NCBI RefSeq assembly: GCF_004010195.1
Contig: NC_057759.1
Span: forward strand, 7,591,910 to 7,655,909
DNA from: Chiloscyllium plagiosum
Lineage: Eukaryota
Reading direction: 5' to 3'
Length of the DNA: 64,000 nt
Of this stretch, positions 1-13,083 are shown in pieces. The notes under the pieces were generated by a model. It searched no databases. It had not been told where the DNA came from and saw only the letters and a program-made list of their open reading frames with translations. Every line of letters begins with the position of its first letter. Within the stretch, counting starts at the first letter, position 1. The position numbers and the translations under genes were made by a program.

Positions 1-1290
1 AACCCTGGGACCTGCAACAGCCAATCCTGTCCCTGTTCTAGTCATGTCTCCGTAATAGCCACAACATCGAAGTCCCAGGTACCTACCCACGCTGCAAGTT
101 CACCTACCTTATTTCGTGTACTTCTTGCATTGAAGTATACACACTTCAAGCCACTTTCCTGTTTACAGGCACCCTCCTTTGTGATTGATGCCATTTTCCT
201 AACCTCCCTACACTCCAGGTCCTGCACCCTGAAGCTACAATCTGGGTTTCCATGCCCCTGCAGAGTTAGTTTAAACTCCCCCCAAGAGCACTAGCAAACC
301 TCCCAACAAGGATACTGGTGCCCCTTAGGTTCAGGTGTAGACCATCCTGTTTATAGGGGTCCCACCGTCCCCAGAAAGAACCCCAGTTATCCAAAAACTG
401 GAATCCCTCCCTCCTGCACCATCCCTGTAGCCACGCATTTCAGTGTTCTCTTTCCCTATTCCTCGACTCTCTATCACGTGGCACGGGTAACAAACCAGAG
501 CCAACAACTCTGTTCGTTCTAACTCTGAGCTTCCAACCTAGCTCCCTGAAAGCCTGTCTAACATCCTCGGCACTCCTCCTACCTATGTCGTTGGTGAAAA
601 TGTGGACCACGACTTCGGGCTGTTCCCCTTCCCCCTTAAGGACCCGGAAAACACGATCAGAGACATCACGTACCCTTGCACCTGGGAGGCAACATAACAA
701 ACGTGAGTCTCTCTCGCCCCCACAAAAACGGCCTATCTGTGCCCCGAACTATCGAGTCCCCAATTACTAGTGCTCTGCTCTTCTCCAGCCTTCCCTTCTG
801 AGCAACGGGGACAGGCTCCGTGCCAAAGGCCTGAGCCCCATTACTTACCCCTGGTAAGTCGACCCCCCACAAGTATCCAAAACGGTATACTTGTTCTTGA
901 GGGGAACGGCCGCAGGGGGTCCCTGCACTGGCTGCTTCCTCCCAGTCCCCCTCACCTTCACCCATCTGTCTGCAATCTTTGGAGTTACTACTTCCTAAAG
1001 CTCCGATCTATGACCCCCTCTGCCTCCTGAATTATCCTAAGTTCATCCAACTCCAGCTCCAGTTCCCTAACACGGTCTTGGAGGAGCTGGAGATGGGTGC
1101 ACTTCCTGCAAGTGTGATCAGCAGAGACGACCATGGCATCCCTCACCTCAAACATGTTGCAAGAGGAACATTGCACTGCCTTCACTGCCATCCCTCTAAA
1201 AGTAACCTTTTTAAAAAAAAACTGGTGTCTAAAGAATAGAACAAGCAAAATGCACCACTTACCTACTTACCACAACGGGTCTTATTATTA
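1..1290 (-). mobile_element. CR1-clade LINE, 5' part (frameshifted ORF1 and start of ORF2 endonuclease); runs off the window
   Basis: Minus-strand ORF pieces: Cys/His finger plus zipper (CSSC..HTCRKC..LQDRVRELELELDEL, ATG at 1191), SGNH/GDSL esterase motifs (VIGDSIVRG, CCLPGARV, VVVHIFTNDIG), then APE endonuclease start (CVYFNARS..NK..DVVAITET). Confidence 0.9.
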
Positions 1291-1399
1291 GTACGAAGAA
1301 TTACATCTTTGCCGTTTTTAATCAGGAAGACATTTTAACGAAATGACAGTTATGACCAGTGCCCACATGAACGGCGTTTTCAATTTTTTTTTTCAAAAT

Positions 1400-2170
1400 T
1401 CTTCAGTGCAATTTGAGTGTGATGGTGCTATCTCTGATGGCCGTTATGCGTCAACTGTGTAGGAATCTCGGAGAGAGTGTATAATGGAATTAAAGCTTTA
1501 TTGGGAGAATGTGACAATGTCAGTGAGTGTCATGATGGGAGTACGTTCATGTGTGATTCAGAGTCAAAGAGTGTTTTTGAGTTTTTTTTTAAATTTGATA
1601 TGCATGTTAAGGGTGCGTGTGGATCAGACAGAGCGTGTGTTTTGCGTGTTTTTTTTAATTTGAGCGTGGGGTATAGAGCCTCTGTTGACTATGCTTCTGA
1701 TAATGCCTTGGAAATACGTGTTATTCTGTCACGTTTTGTGTGTATCATATTTGTAAGTTTGTGTGAGCACACGCATGTGTGTCTTTCTCAGTGTATGCCT
1801 GTTCATGGGTGACTGTGCATGATAGTTGCGACGGGATGGGAGAGTTTATGTGACTTAGATATTTTGCTAGAATATGTCTGTGTGTCAGATAGTTTGTCAG
1901 AGATCATATGTAGTCAATAGTGTAACTGTTTGTCGTTCTGTATGTGACAGTGTTTAAGAATGCACAGCAGTATGATTATGGGTGAGCAAGACATTGTGTA
2001 CCACAACAATTGTCTGTGCCAACATTTGATTATTGAGACTGTGAGAATGTTTAAGTGCATGTGAGAGTATCGATGTCACTGAGTTAGTACGTGAGTTGTT
2101 TTATGCATACATATTTGTTTACGAGTGCAAATTTGTATGTGTGCATAACTGCGCTGCAAAGCAAATGCTT
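1400..2170. repeat. Degenerate TG-rich low-complexity tract
   Basis: Strong excess of TG/GT dinucleotides; ORFs here are C/V-rich artefacts. Confidence 0.55.
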
Positions 2171-2369
2171 TATTCATTTCCCATTTCCTTCCTTTCATTA
2201 TTCTCTATTTCACAATTTCTTCATACTTCCCTGACAATGTATTTTGATTTTATCCATTGTCTTTTCTTGAATTTTATCTTTTCATTATTTTAGAACGCAA
2301 GATCTTTTCACACACCCTTTCTTTGCATTTTGCGTCCTCACTTTCTCACACTCACAACCCCCACCACGG

Positions 2370-2945
2370 ACAGACACACACACACAGACAGAGAAAGACC
2401 CACATGCACATATATTTTGTGGGGTGAATTTGTACTTGCAGAGTTACATTGCACTTTGCTCAAAAACTGCATACATTCATGCAGAACTCTGAGCTCAAAA
2501 ACTGCATGAATTTATGTAAACCTCTGTTATCTCACTTTTTAGTTTAAAATCAATCTAAACATTAGGTCATAGACAGAGAACACAGGGGGCTAACACCTTT
2601 AACATATTGTCTAGCTATCACCATTGTTAACAGCTAACCCGAGAATGCAACTTTTAAAAAAAAGGTTTTGTGATTTACACATGAAAGAAGTGAAACAATC
2701 ACTGTATTCTAACAGATGAAAGACTTAACAGACAATCAATTTTTCAACGTATAATTTCAGTTACATCACACTGCAAATTTTTGCTATAAATTCTGTGTTA
2801 CGATCGAGCCCTCCATTATCACCTGATGAAGGAGTGTCGCTCCGAAAGCTAGTGTGCTTCCAATTTAACCTGTTGGACTATAACCTAGTGTTGTGTGATT
2901 TTTAACTTTGTACACCCCAGTCCAACACTGGCATCTCCAAATCAT
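2370..2945 (+). mobile_element. Penelope-like element 3'/pseudo-LTR fragment
   Basis: Non-coding repeat containing a hammerhead core (CTGATGA..GAAA, 2823-2847) near its end; it truncates the adjacent Gypsy RT at its YLD motif. Confidence 0.6.
2818..2856 (+). ncRNA. Minimal type I hammerhead ribozyme motif
   Basis: cac-CTGATGA-a-GGAG(tgtcg)CTCC-GAAA-gc-TA-gtg: both conserved boxes, a stem II, a palindromic AGCT in place of stem III, and a 3-bp stem I (cac/gtg). Confidence 0.7.
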
Positions 2946-3370
2946 AATCCAGGTAGACTGCACAGGTTGTATTCCCAGCTATGACTCTGTTCATGAGTCA
3001 CTGGAAAGTGGCTCGAGCGTTCTTCATTCGAAACGGCATCTTTGTGAACTGATAAAAACCATTTTGGCTCACAAATGCAGAAACCTATTTTGCTTTCTCT
3101 GATAAATGTACCTGCCAATAACCACGCTATAAGTCCAAATTCGCGACGGAACTGGCTTGTTCAACTTCCTCGATAGAGTCCACCAATCTTGGTATTGAGT
3201 ATCAGGCTGGTTTTGTTACAGTGCTGGCCTTCCAACAGTCCACACAAAATTGTTGAGTCCCATCTGGTTTGCGAAGTAAAGCGATCTGTGAACTCGACTC
3301 GCTCAAGATCTATTCGATGATATCTTCATTAAGCATCGCATCTACTTCCTTCTCAACCTCATAGGGTGAT

Positions 3371-3698
3371 AGAATCCCTACAGTGTGGAAAATGTCCTAG
3401 CAAATCCATACTGACACTCTGAAGAGTATCCCACCCAAACCAATTCACTTATCTTACATTTGCCCCAGACTAATGCATGTAACTTATATATTCCTGAACT
3501 CTATAGGCAAATTAGCCAGGCCAATTCACCTAACCTTCGCATCTTTGGATTGTGGGAGAAAACCGGAACACCCAGAGGAAACCCACGCTGACACGTGGAG
3601 AAGGTGAAAACTCAACACCGACTGTCGCCCGAGGGTGTAATCAAAGCCGGGTACCTAGCGTTGTGAGGCAACAATGCGAACGACTGAGCCATCATGCC
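3371..3698 (-). mobile_element. tRNA-derived SINE (HE1/V-SINE type), degenerate, nested in the Gypsy element
   Basis: Homologous to the cleaner copy at 45274-45596 (gaggaaacccacgc..ggagaa..aaactc core; tail ccctacagtgtggaaa). Confidence 0.85.
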
Positions 3699-5984
3699 AA
3701 CCTGTGTACCTTTGAAAAGATTAGGCCTGTAGTGGTGTTCTTTTCTCAGAAAAACATACACAACCTCTGCCTCATGTACAACAGTATTAGTTCTCCCCAT
3801 CATGTTCCTACGTGTGTTCTCGCAATGCTGCAACAATCGTTTCAACTGGATTCTTTGCTCCTAAGACAGGTAGTTCACCCACCTATCTCACTCCTCAACG
3901 ACCACTGTTTCATGTATTTGTGGTACATCGAACTCCACGACTTCTGGACTTAATTTCTCACTCTGCGGGGCAGTAATGAGCACGTGTTTCTCAAGTTAAC
4001 TCTCTCTATTATAATAATGCTCGAACACATTCACATGACATAGGTGATGTAGTTTTTTTTTTCTATCAGGCATCTTTACCGGATAATTTACCTTCCTCAT
4101 CGTTTTTCAATTTGCTCGGGCCACTAAATCTGACTTTGAAGGAGTGTCCTGCCACTGATAACAATGATAATTCGTCACCACTTCGGAAAACGTCCACATT
4201 TTATAGCTTTTATTTGCCACCTGTTTCACTCTATCCTGTGACCTCTTCAGGCGCTGTATGGCGAACTCGTCTCCCCGATTTAATGTCTCCTTCAACTCAG
4301 ATACATAATCCAAATGTGATATCTCTGACATCAGTCCTGTTAATTCGTCTTCTAATCGCAAACAATGCGAATGGGATAGCTTTATTCAAATCATTCAGGT
4401 AATTTTGACACAACACTTCTTATATAGTCTTCAGCACCTGCTACCATCTTTCCAAAGCTCCCTGGGATTCAGGATGGTGCACGCTATATTTAAAGTGCTC
4501 TATGTCTCAGCTATCCATGACTTCTTTAAACACACTAGCAGGAAAACTAGGCTCTTGGTTTGATTGAATCAAACCTTTTCCCAGTGAAAATACCTTTTCC
4601 CAGTGTCCCTCTTGAACCATTGGCACTGTAATTTTCTGTATTGCATTTCAGTGCAGTGAAAACTATTAATGTCGTTCACCTCCTTTCTACCCTCTTGGAC
4701 TTCTTTTTTTAACCTGTGGTAAACAATTACCAGTGTTCTATACTCTTTGTTTTGTATTGTACGATTGCCCCTTCTCCCAATTTCTGTTCCTCAAAGGATA
4801 AAATTCTTGCCTTAATCTCAACTTTGTCTTATGCACCGTTGCAAATTCGTCTGCCATCTCTGCCACTCGGCTCTCTTCTTGAATTTTCTGTGCATCCTCA
4901 TGAATTCTTATCATCTCTGGAAGTGAGCTTTTAAAAGCCCAGGACAATATTTTTTGAGCGCCTCATATGCCTTATCTACGTTTAAGGCCCGCACTCATCT
5001 CTCAAAATTAATTTGTTGAGTTCTTTCGAACATATTATCAGTCTGACCTGGTTCCTTCTTTATGTTTCTGAACCGCTATCTATACGCTTCTGGTACCAAT
5101 CCATAACCACACAAAATAGCCTGTTTGACATCTGCATAATCTCTTCAACCCTTATCTAACAGTGGTGGAAGTAATTCACTCTCTGTGACTACCAGCGTAG
5201 TCTGAACTATCATTCCCCCCAACTTCCCTGGCCACTCCATCTGCCGAGACAATTTGCAAATGAAATAAAGAAGACTTCGACACCTTTCTCATTAAAATGG
5301 GCAATGTTTTAACATATTTGCATATCTCACTGACTTCTGTCTTCATTTTCATTGTGCTAACCTGATTTTCCTGACTAATTTCTAACTTCTGAAATTCAAC
5401 TACTCTCTCCCTCTCTCTTTCTATTTCTTCTCTCTCTCTTTAATTAGCTAAGAACCTCCTCTCTCTTTCGTTTCCCCCTCTTTCTCTTCCTTCTCTCTCT
5501 TCTTCTCTTCTCTCTCTCTCTGTCATTTTCTTCTCTCAAGGCACTTCTTTCTTTACTTTATAACTCCATTTTCTTCAGTTGTAATTTCAGGTTTTCTAAC
5601 TCTACTGTCCTAGTCTCTTTCTCTGATACGGCGAGTGCCAAACTAATTGCCTTACAATTTCAGCGTTACTTTAGTCCCTGGTTAGATCCAATTCTAACCT
5701 ATTTACTAATTAAAGAAATGTGGTCTTCTTCAGGTTTTATTAACTTTCTTGGCAAATTTGGGAATCATCTTCAAACCCCCGACCTCCTTCACAATCTTAA
5801 AGAGCCATTTCCTCCAATTTGAATTTCATGAACCACAAGTAACCGAAATTAAACAAATTGTCACACTTCCATTTTATTTGAAGACCCAAGACACTAATTG
5901 GCAAGTGGCTAAATCTGCTCGGAATTATTTGCACCCAAATCTGTTCAAATCTGTCCAAACCTCAGACGGGATCTGTGTCAACTT

Positions 5985-6776
5985 GCCCAGAACACGGCCC
6001 CTTCTGCCACTTTAATCAAACACCCAGAAAAAACTCATCTCGCCTCGTAATCTGTTGAAGTATGAGTACCAGAGAACACCCAAATTCCACTATTTCAACA
6101 AAAATTATATTAATAACTTCATTAACTCTAAAAGTGAGAATTAAAAATAATAATTCACAACTCTAAATCACCCTTTTTCTTAACTACTTGTTATCTGCTT
6201 CCAATTATATAACAATCTACTGTTTCAATTTCAAAAAAAACTATATTGAAATTCCCTCAAGTTAATTTCAAAAGCACACAGAAGATGTTATCTCCGGTGT
6301 TCTGCTTTCAGCTGAAAATCTTTCTGAGTCTTTTTCTGTCTTTTACTGTAAGTATGTTTAATATGAAAAAAAGTATCGTTGACAGAAAGTGTTTTCTGAA
6401 CTGCAGTCTTTCTCAATGGCAGTTACACTATGTCAATGACAGCTGCAGACTGACTAACTTTCAAAATGTCTCTTTTACTAATATCGCAAACATTAGTTCG
6501 TCTCATTGGTTCGAGGTTGGCAAAAATAATAAATTGAAACCTCGATTGGATTTTATAATTCTTGGATATGGTTTAAATTGATTGGCTAAACTCGAAATAT
6601 TCTCAAAACAGAAACCATCTCAGGTATCTATTTCACAGCCAGATGTTAGATATTTTCAATGTTCCAGCACACTCTGAGATTGCTATCTAGTCATACGCAG
6701 GTGCCTGTGAGTCTTTAATGCAAAACAGCAATCCGTCTCTCGTAATGGCAGACTACACGCTTTCAAATTCATAACG
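5985..6776 (-). repeat. 5' LTR of the first Gypsy element
   Basis: Its minus-strand start (gttatgaa..gtgtagt.tgccatta) resembles the LTR start at 31331; its 3' part aligns with the LTR at 19095-20591. Confidence 0.7.
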
Positions 6777-7924
6777 AATCAAATTCAGTGAATTAATCAA
6801 ACACCAACAATCGGTGTGTAATAGAACACCCCGTCCCTATTTTGCATGAAAGTATAAGATATAAGTGTTTGTGTTACTATTCCAGCTCATGCATTAAATG
6901 CTTTGATTGAGTAACAAGTACGTCTTGTTCATTATGTTATTTGGCTGGAAGAAAGCCAAATAACACAGCCTGTTTTGCCGCTTCGAGAACTGGAAAGCGC
7001 TTAACTCTTCCAGTGGACGTCACAGCTAATCCCGATGCTGAGCAATGAGGTCGACAAAGGTGAAAATACCACTATTCACTCTGGGCGTCCTGGTGGTGAC
7101 GCAATCTATATCTGCTGAACGTCAATTAATTTTTTCAATTGACAGGAAAGCATGTCGCGAAATTAATGTTACTTTTAACTAATTCCTTCTCTATTTGGTC
7201 CTGACATTGCTTGAAGAAGATGATATATTAACAGTAATAAGATTTATTCCTTTAAATCGTTTAACCAGATATTGCTAATGTGTGGGATTTATCACCGTTG
7301 AAAGTGTGGTTTGTTCGGCAACTGCATGAAGTAGATTCGAGTCATCCATATTGCTTTGTGTATTAACTGACAAGTAAGGTCGTGGATTTCCTTCACTGAC
7401 GGATATTAGACAATCAGTGATCTGACGACAGTCAATGTAAATTGTTGGGGCCACCATTACTGAGATCGCATTTGAATTGCTGATTTATCAATCGAATGCG
7501 ATTTTAATGAATTGTTGTGATCTGTATTTAAACCGTGCACCGAGACTGTTAGGTTGGACTATAGATCCAGATATGACTTCCTACCTAATTCCCTGTTTAC
7601 AACTCATGATTGTTTTCATGGTGTCTGGAAGCTTTTTGTGATTTGTTGTCAAACTACGGCAAGACAATGCAACAAAAACAAATGATAACTTTGCTATTCA
7701 GCGCAGGATTCAAGAATCTCAAGTAGTCTTACTGATCCAGACAATTTCATTGAGTGCTGACGAAGATACTGAGTTTGATGATTCTGCGTATTTAAATTTG
7801 TTTTTGTAGATAGAGAGCATGCAGGGGATGCGTGTGAAAAGAGAATAGAACGGTCGAAGTGCATTTCTTGAAATCTCACAGATGAAGAATCATATGCTGA
7901 CATGATTATTTACAATGGCAGAAG

Positions 7925-10410
7925 GATGTGGGATGCGGGCAGATTCGGGAAAAATGCAAAAGTAACAGGGTTTTTGTTATGGGTGATTTCAACTTTCCCA
8001 ATATCGACTGGAACCTCCTAAGTGCAGATGATTTGGTTGGAGCCATTTTTGTCAGGTGTGTTCAGGAGAGTTTCCTTACTTGGCATGTAGACAGACCGAC
8101 GAGGGGAGAGACCACTTTGGATTTGGTGATCGGCAACGACCCAGTACAGGTGTCAGATCTCGCGCTGGGAAAGCACTTTGGTTAAAGTGATCACAACTGC
8201 CTCACATTTAGCACAGCCTTGGAGAGTGAAACGTGCAGTTACCGAGGGAAGATATTTAACGGCGGAAAAAGGAAATTATGACGCTATCAGACAGGAGTTG
8301 GGAAGTACAGACTGGGAGCAATTGATCCACAGAAAGGACACAGCAGACATGTGGAGACTATTTAAGGAGCAGTTGTTGCGAGTGATGCACAAATTTCTTC
8401 CTATGAGACAGGTTAAAACGGGTAAGATTAAGGAACCTTGAATGACGAGGACAGAGGAGCTTCTCGCCAAAAGGGAAAAGACAGCTTACATAAGGTGCAG
8501 GAAGGAAGGATTACACAGCTTTAGAGGATTACAGGCTTTCCAGAAAGAAGCTCAGAAATGGACTGAGGAGAACCAGGAGGGGGCACGAAAAAGGTTTGGC
8601 AAGAAGGATTAAGGATAAACCAAAGGCGTTTTACTCATACGTAATGAATAAGAGAATGATCAGGAAGAAGGTAAGGCCGATCAGGGATAGCGGAGGGACC
8701 TTGTGCGTGGATTCTGAGCAGATACGGGAAGCCCTAAATGAGTTTTTTGCTTCAGTTTTCACCAAGGAAAGGGAACTTGTTGTAAATGAAAACTTAGAGG
8801 AGCTGGGATTGAGTCATGAGAAGATCAAGATTGATGAAGTTGATATGCTAGAAATTTTGGAAAACATTAAGATTGATAAGTCCCCAGGGGGAGACCAGAT
8901 TTACCCTAAGCTGCTCCGGGAAGCGAGAAAGGAGGGTGCTAAGCTGCTGGCAAGAATATTTGCCTCCTCACTCTCCATGGGAGTCGTAACGGAGGATTGG
9001 AAGGAGGCGAATGTTGTTCCATTTTTCAAGAAGGGTAATAGGAAAATCGCTGGCAATTACAGACCAGTCAGTCAAACGTCTGTGGTCAACAAAGTTGTGG
9101 GAAGAATTCTGAGGGATTGGATTTATGACTATTTGGCAAAGCATAGTTTGCTTAAAGGCAGTCAGCATGGATTTGTGAGGGGTAGGTCATGCCTCACAAA
9201 TCTTGTTGAGTTCTTTGAAGAGGTGTCAAGGCAGGTCGAAGACGGTTGAGCAGAGGATGTGGTGTATATGGATTTCAGCAAGGATTTGATAGGGTTCCCC
9301 ATGGTAAGCTCATTCATAAAGTCAGGAAGTATGGGAAACAGGGAGATTTGGCTATCTGAATTCAGAATTGGCTAGCTGACAAAGGGCAGAGATGGAAACT
9401 ATTTTTCCTGGAGGTGAGTGGAGTCCCACACGGCTCTGTTCTTAGGCCTCTACTCTTTGTAGTTTTTATAAATGATTTGAATGAGAAGGTTGAGGGGTGG
9501 GTTAGTAAATTTGCAAATTACACACAGGTTGGAGGTGTCGTCGATAGTATAAAGGGCTACTGCAGGCTGCAGCGTGACATAGACAGGATGCAGAGTTGGG
9601 CTGAGAAATGGCAGATGGAGTTCAACCTATAAATGCGAAGTGATGCATTTTGGAAGGTCGAACTCGAATGCTGAATACAGGATTAAATACAGGATTCTTG
9701 ACAGTGTGGAGGAACAGAGCGATCTAGTTGTGCAAGTACATTGAGCCTTCAAAGTTGCCACCCAAGTGGATGGGATTGCTAAGAAAGCATATGGTGTTTT
9801 GGCATTCATTAACAGGGGTATCGAGTTTAAGAGCCACGCGGTTTTGCTGCAGCTCTACAAGTCCCTGGTGAGACCACACTTGGAATATTGTGTCCAATCT
9901 GGCCGCCCTACTATAGGAAAGATAAGGAGGCTTTGGAGAGGGTGAATAGAAGATTTACCAGGATGCTGCCTGGACTGGAGGGCTTGCTTTATGAAGAAAG
10001 TTTGAATAAGCTCGGACTTTTCTCTCTGGCGAGAAGGAGGAAGAAAAGAGACCTGATGAAGGTGTGCAAAATTGTGAGAGGAATAGATAGAGTCAATAGC
10101 CAGAGAGTTTTCCCCAGGGCAGGATTGGCAGGTACGAGAAGTCATAGTTTGAAGATATTAGGAGGAATGGCTAAAGGAGACAACAGAGGTAAGTTCTTTA
10201 CGCAGAAAGTTGTGAATTTTATGAATGTGGTGCCAGCTGAGTTAGTGGAAGCAAAGTCATTGGTACATTTAAGTGACTGCTGGACATGCACATAGATGTC
10301 AGTGAGTTCAGGGGTGCGTAGGTTAAGTTTCTATCGTTTACATTAGGATAAAGTCTCGGCACAACATCGTGGGCCGAAGGGCCTGTTCTGTGCTCTACTT
10401 TTCTATTTTC
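7925..10410 (+). mobile_element. CR1 LINE, 5'-truncated, ORF2 disrupted
   Basis: Endonuclease motifs (VMGDFNFPNIDW, TLDLV), RT motifs (ANVVPFFKKG, NYRPVS, SQHGFVRGRSCLTNL, SGVPHGSVL, LQRDID) and 3' tail gggccgaagggcctgttctgtgct..ttctattttct; multiple stops and frameshifts. Confidence 0.95.
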
Positions 10411-10439
10411 TTAAAATCCTGATGGGAAATCAATTCATG

Positions 10440-11270
10440 AGGGTTATACACAGAGTCTAAAAGGTGGTTTATCGATGTTAAAACGTGGGAAAAATGAACA
10501 TTGGCACAAGGAATGCAATGCAGTGAAAGCACTTTGGCAAGAAGATTAAGGATGATGAATCCGATTTTCAAGGAGAAACGCTGTGCAAAGAAGAAAAATT
10601 ATAGATTTGGAGCACTTTATGGATATTTCAAAAGAAATGAGGTGTAAAACTTTAGCAAGTAATCAGGAAGGAAAATGCATTGCTGGTGCTCATTTCAAGG
10701 AGAATAGAGGGTACAAACAGAAAATACAAGTTATCCTATAGGTGGCATTCTATAGGACAGATTTGGAATACGTTGAGCATTATTGGTCCTCCTAGTATTT
10801 GGGTTGTCCCGAGAATGAATATTAAGAGCAACCTTGGAGACATTGAATAGGCTAAAGCCTGTATGCACCGTGCTTTGAAGGCGAGAATATAACATACTGA
10901 AACGTATATGTGCCGTATGGGATTTGTCACGACATATGCAGAGGCGAATTTACTTGCATGGGAGGGTCTCGGCCGAGAATATCCTTACAGTTATCTAGGA
11001 GGCAAAGAAGGTCGTCTCGTTCGAACAGAGTTGAGAAAGAATATTTTCTGTCAGAATGCACGCATTTCGTGGAATCCTTTACCACAAAGGACTGTGGAGA
11101 TTGTGTCATTAAATATGTTCAGTTAAATAGACAGTTTTGAAATCAGTAAGGTAATCAAGGTATAAGGAAAATGACAGATAGTAGACGTGATGATTATTGG
11201 ATCAGTAGCAATATCATTGAATAGAACAGCTGATTTTATGAGATGACTTGTTAACTTCTTGTCCGACTTG
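10440..11270 (+). mobile_element. Old CR1 LINE 3' fragment
   Basis: Residual ORF2 C-terminal motifs (RTELRKNIFCQ..WNPLPQRTVE). Confidence 0.6.
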
Positions 11271-12985
11271 TCTGATGGTGTAGTCAGCTAAATTACTCAT
11301 CAGACATTTTAAAAATTATCGAAAACAACTGTGGTTTGTTTCCCCCATTCACCGGTTTCAGCACGGACCAGCTTAAAGGTGCAAATGGACAATTGGGTCA
11401 ATTTTCAGCTGACAATAAAAGACATGTTCTTTTCGGATTTCAAATAGAAGATTGGAGGTTGGTTTGCTATTTAGAGTCATAAAGATTTAGAGGGCAGAAC
11501 AATAAGCCCATCGTGACAGTGTTTCCCACAAGTCAATATCTATATATTCAAAAACGAAATCAGGTATTGCTGGTGCAATTCAACAGGTCTGACAGCATCT
11601 CTGAAGAGAAAAAAACAAACTTAATGATTGAGTCTGGTCAAACCGCTTCATCGTTTTATCTCAAGTAATTGCAATCTTATTTTACAGAATCCTGAACATG
11701 CTTCAGATTAAAAATACCTTCTCTAAACCTCCCACCCCTTAGCTTAACTCTACGTCCCCGGTCATTGGATATTTCACCAATAGGAAAAGTTCCTTGTTGG
11801 CTATACTATTTATGCCGTTCGTGACTTCATACTTTCGACTTCTGCGGATGCAATCTCATACTGACGCAGGGCTGAAATATGCTGGTTTTGCTTGTTTCTT
11901 GGACCGATTTGCCTTGTTGTTTTCCAACATGCGGTATCAATATTTGAAATTAAAGTAAAACTATACTCATCAATTCTGCTCACAGGGAATCTTCTTTGAA
12001 GTCAAAGATTTCTTTGATTTATCTCTGGTATGAGAAAAACAACCTTGGCTGTACTTCAGGACAAGAAAAGCATATATACATGTTGGGTGAGTGGAGCCTT
12101 TTGAGACGACGCTCAATGCACTGGACAATGATGAATGTTTATTGGCTGGATCGCAGTAATCCTGTTAAATTCAAATTCCGACATGTGACTTACTTTATAT
12201 CTTTTCATTCGATTTCTGATTTCAGAAATTTTCGGTTGGTGCAGCTGGTCCACAACAACCTGTCGTTCAAAAACTTGTCACAGCGATGAGTCAATTATTT
12301 CCCTCAGATGCCCTCGGGTATTGTTCTGCTGCAGAACGGTTGAGTGGAAGGTTCTACGTTGAGTATTGATGGAATTCTGTGAATAATTCCCAGTTGCTCA
12401 AAAGCTTCAAATCTGGTAGATTTATGTCCTGACAAGCAGTGTCAGTTTTCGTCAGAAAGTGCAACAAGCGACTATTTAGATTCATGCATTGTGATTCTCG
12501 TTTTATTTTCTGAAACAAACATAAAGCTGCAAACTTCTTACAAATGTCTTTTGTTGTTTGTATGTAATGTGGATATCTGGAGAGGAGCTGTTTTTGTCTG
12601 GGATTTTACTGTGAATAGAGATGGGAAATGAATCCATGCTTTTAGAAAATCGTCATTTCCAAAATTAAATTGATTTCTGCAAATATCTCAAGGAATAATT
12701 GATTGGTGTCTCACATTTCTCATCAATTTTTGCTCTGGTATTTTACTATTTAGCAAACATTGTGTCAAATATGTTCAAACACAGCGCAGAAACATCCATT
12801 GCATGCATACAGTCGCCAACACATCCACAAATCCCTCTCTTTTAAGGTAGTACAGTGTTATTTCCAACACCCCTGAACCAGGAGGCACAATTAGCAGAAC
12901 GTGAGGACTGCAGATGCTGGAGATCAGAGCTGAAAAATATGTTGCTGGAAAAGCGCAGCAGGTCAGGCAGCATCAAAGGAGCAGG

Positions 12986-13024
12986 AGAATCGACGTTTCA
13001 GGCCTAAGCCCTTCTTCAGGAATG
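12986..13024 (-). ncRNA. Minimal hammerhead ribozyme motif in the Penelope terminal repeat
   Basis: Minus strand reads ttc-CTGAAGA-a-GGGC(ttag)GCCT-GAAA-cg-TC-gat: CUGANGA box, stem II, GAAA, GUC cleavage triplet and palindromic ACGT. Confidence 0.7.
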
Positions 13025-13083
13025 TGGGGGGTGTGTCAAGCAGGCTAAGGTAAAAGGTAGGGAGGAGGGACTTGGGGGAGGGG

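Larger units (their letters stand above)
2945..6776 (-). mobile_element. Decayed Gypsy (Gmr1-like) LTR retrotransposon: 5' LTR, gag, integrase, partial RT
   Basis: Minus strand: LTR ~5985-6776; gag with E/R-rich coiled coil and FKSSLPEMIRIH..AEMADEF; integrase HPESQGALERW (~4440-4480); RT KPDGTQQFCVD, YWQV, MPF, AVYLD ending ~2945. Confidence 0.85.

Noticed and set aside
11550..11660. Possible third Penelope terminal repeat/hammerhead on the minus strand
   Set aside because: Core boxes are too degenerate to support.
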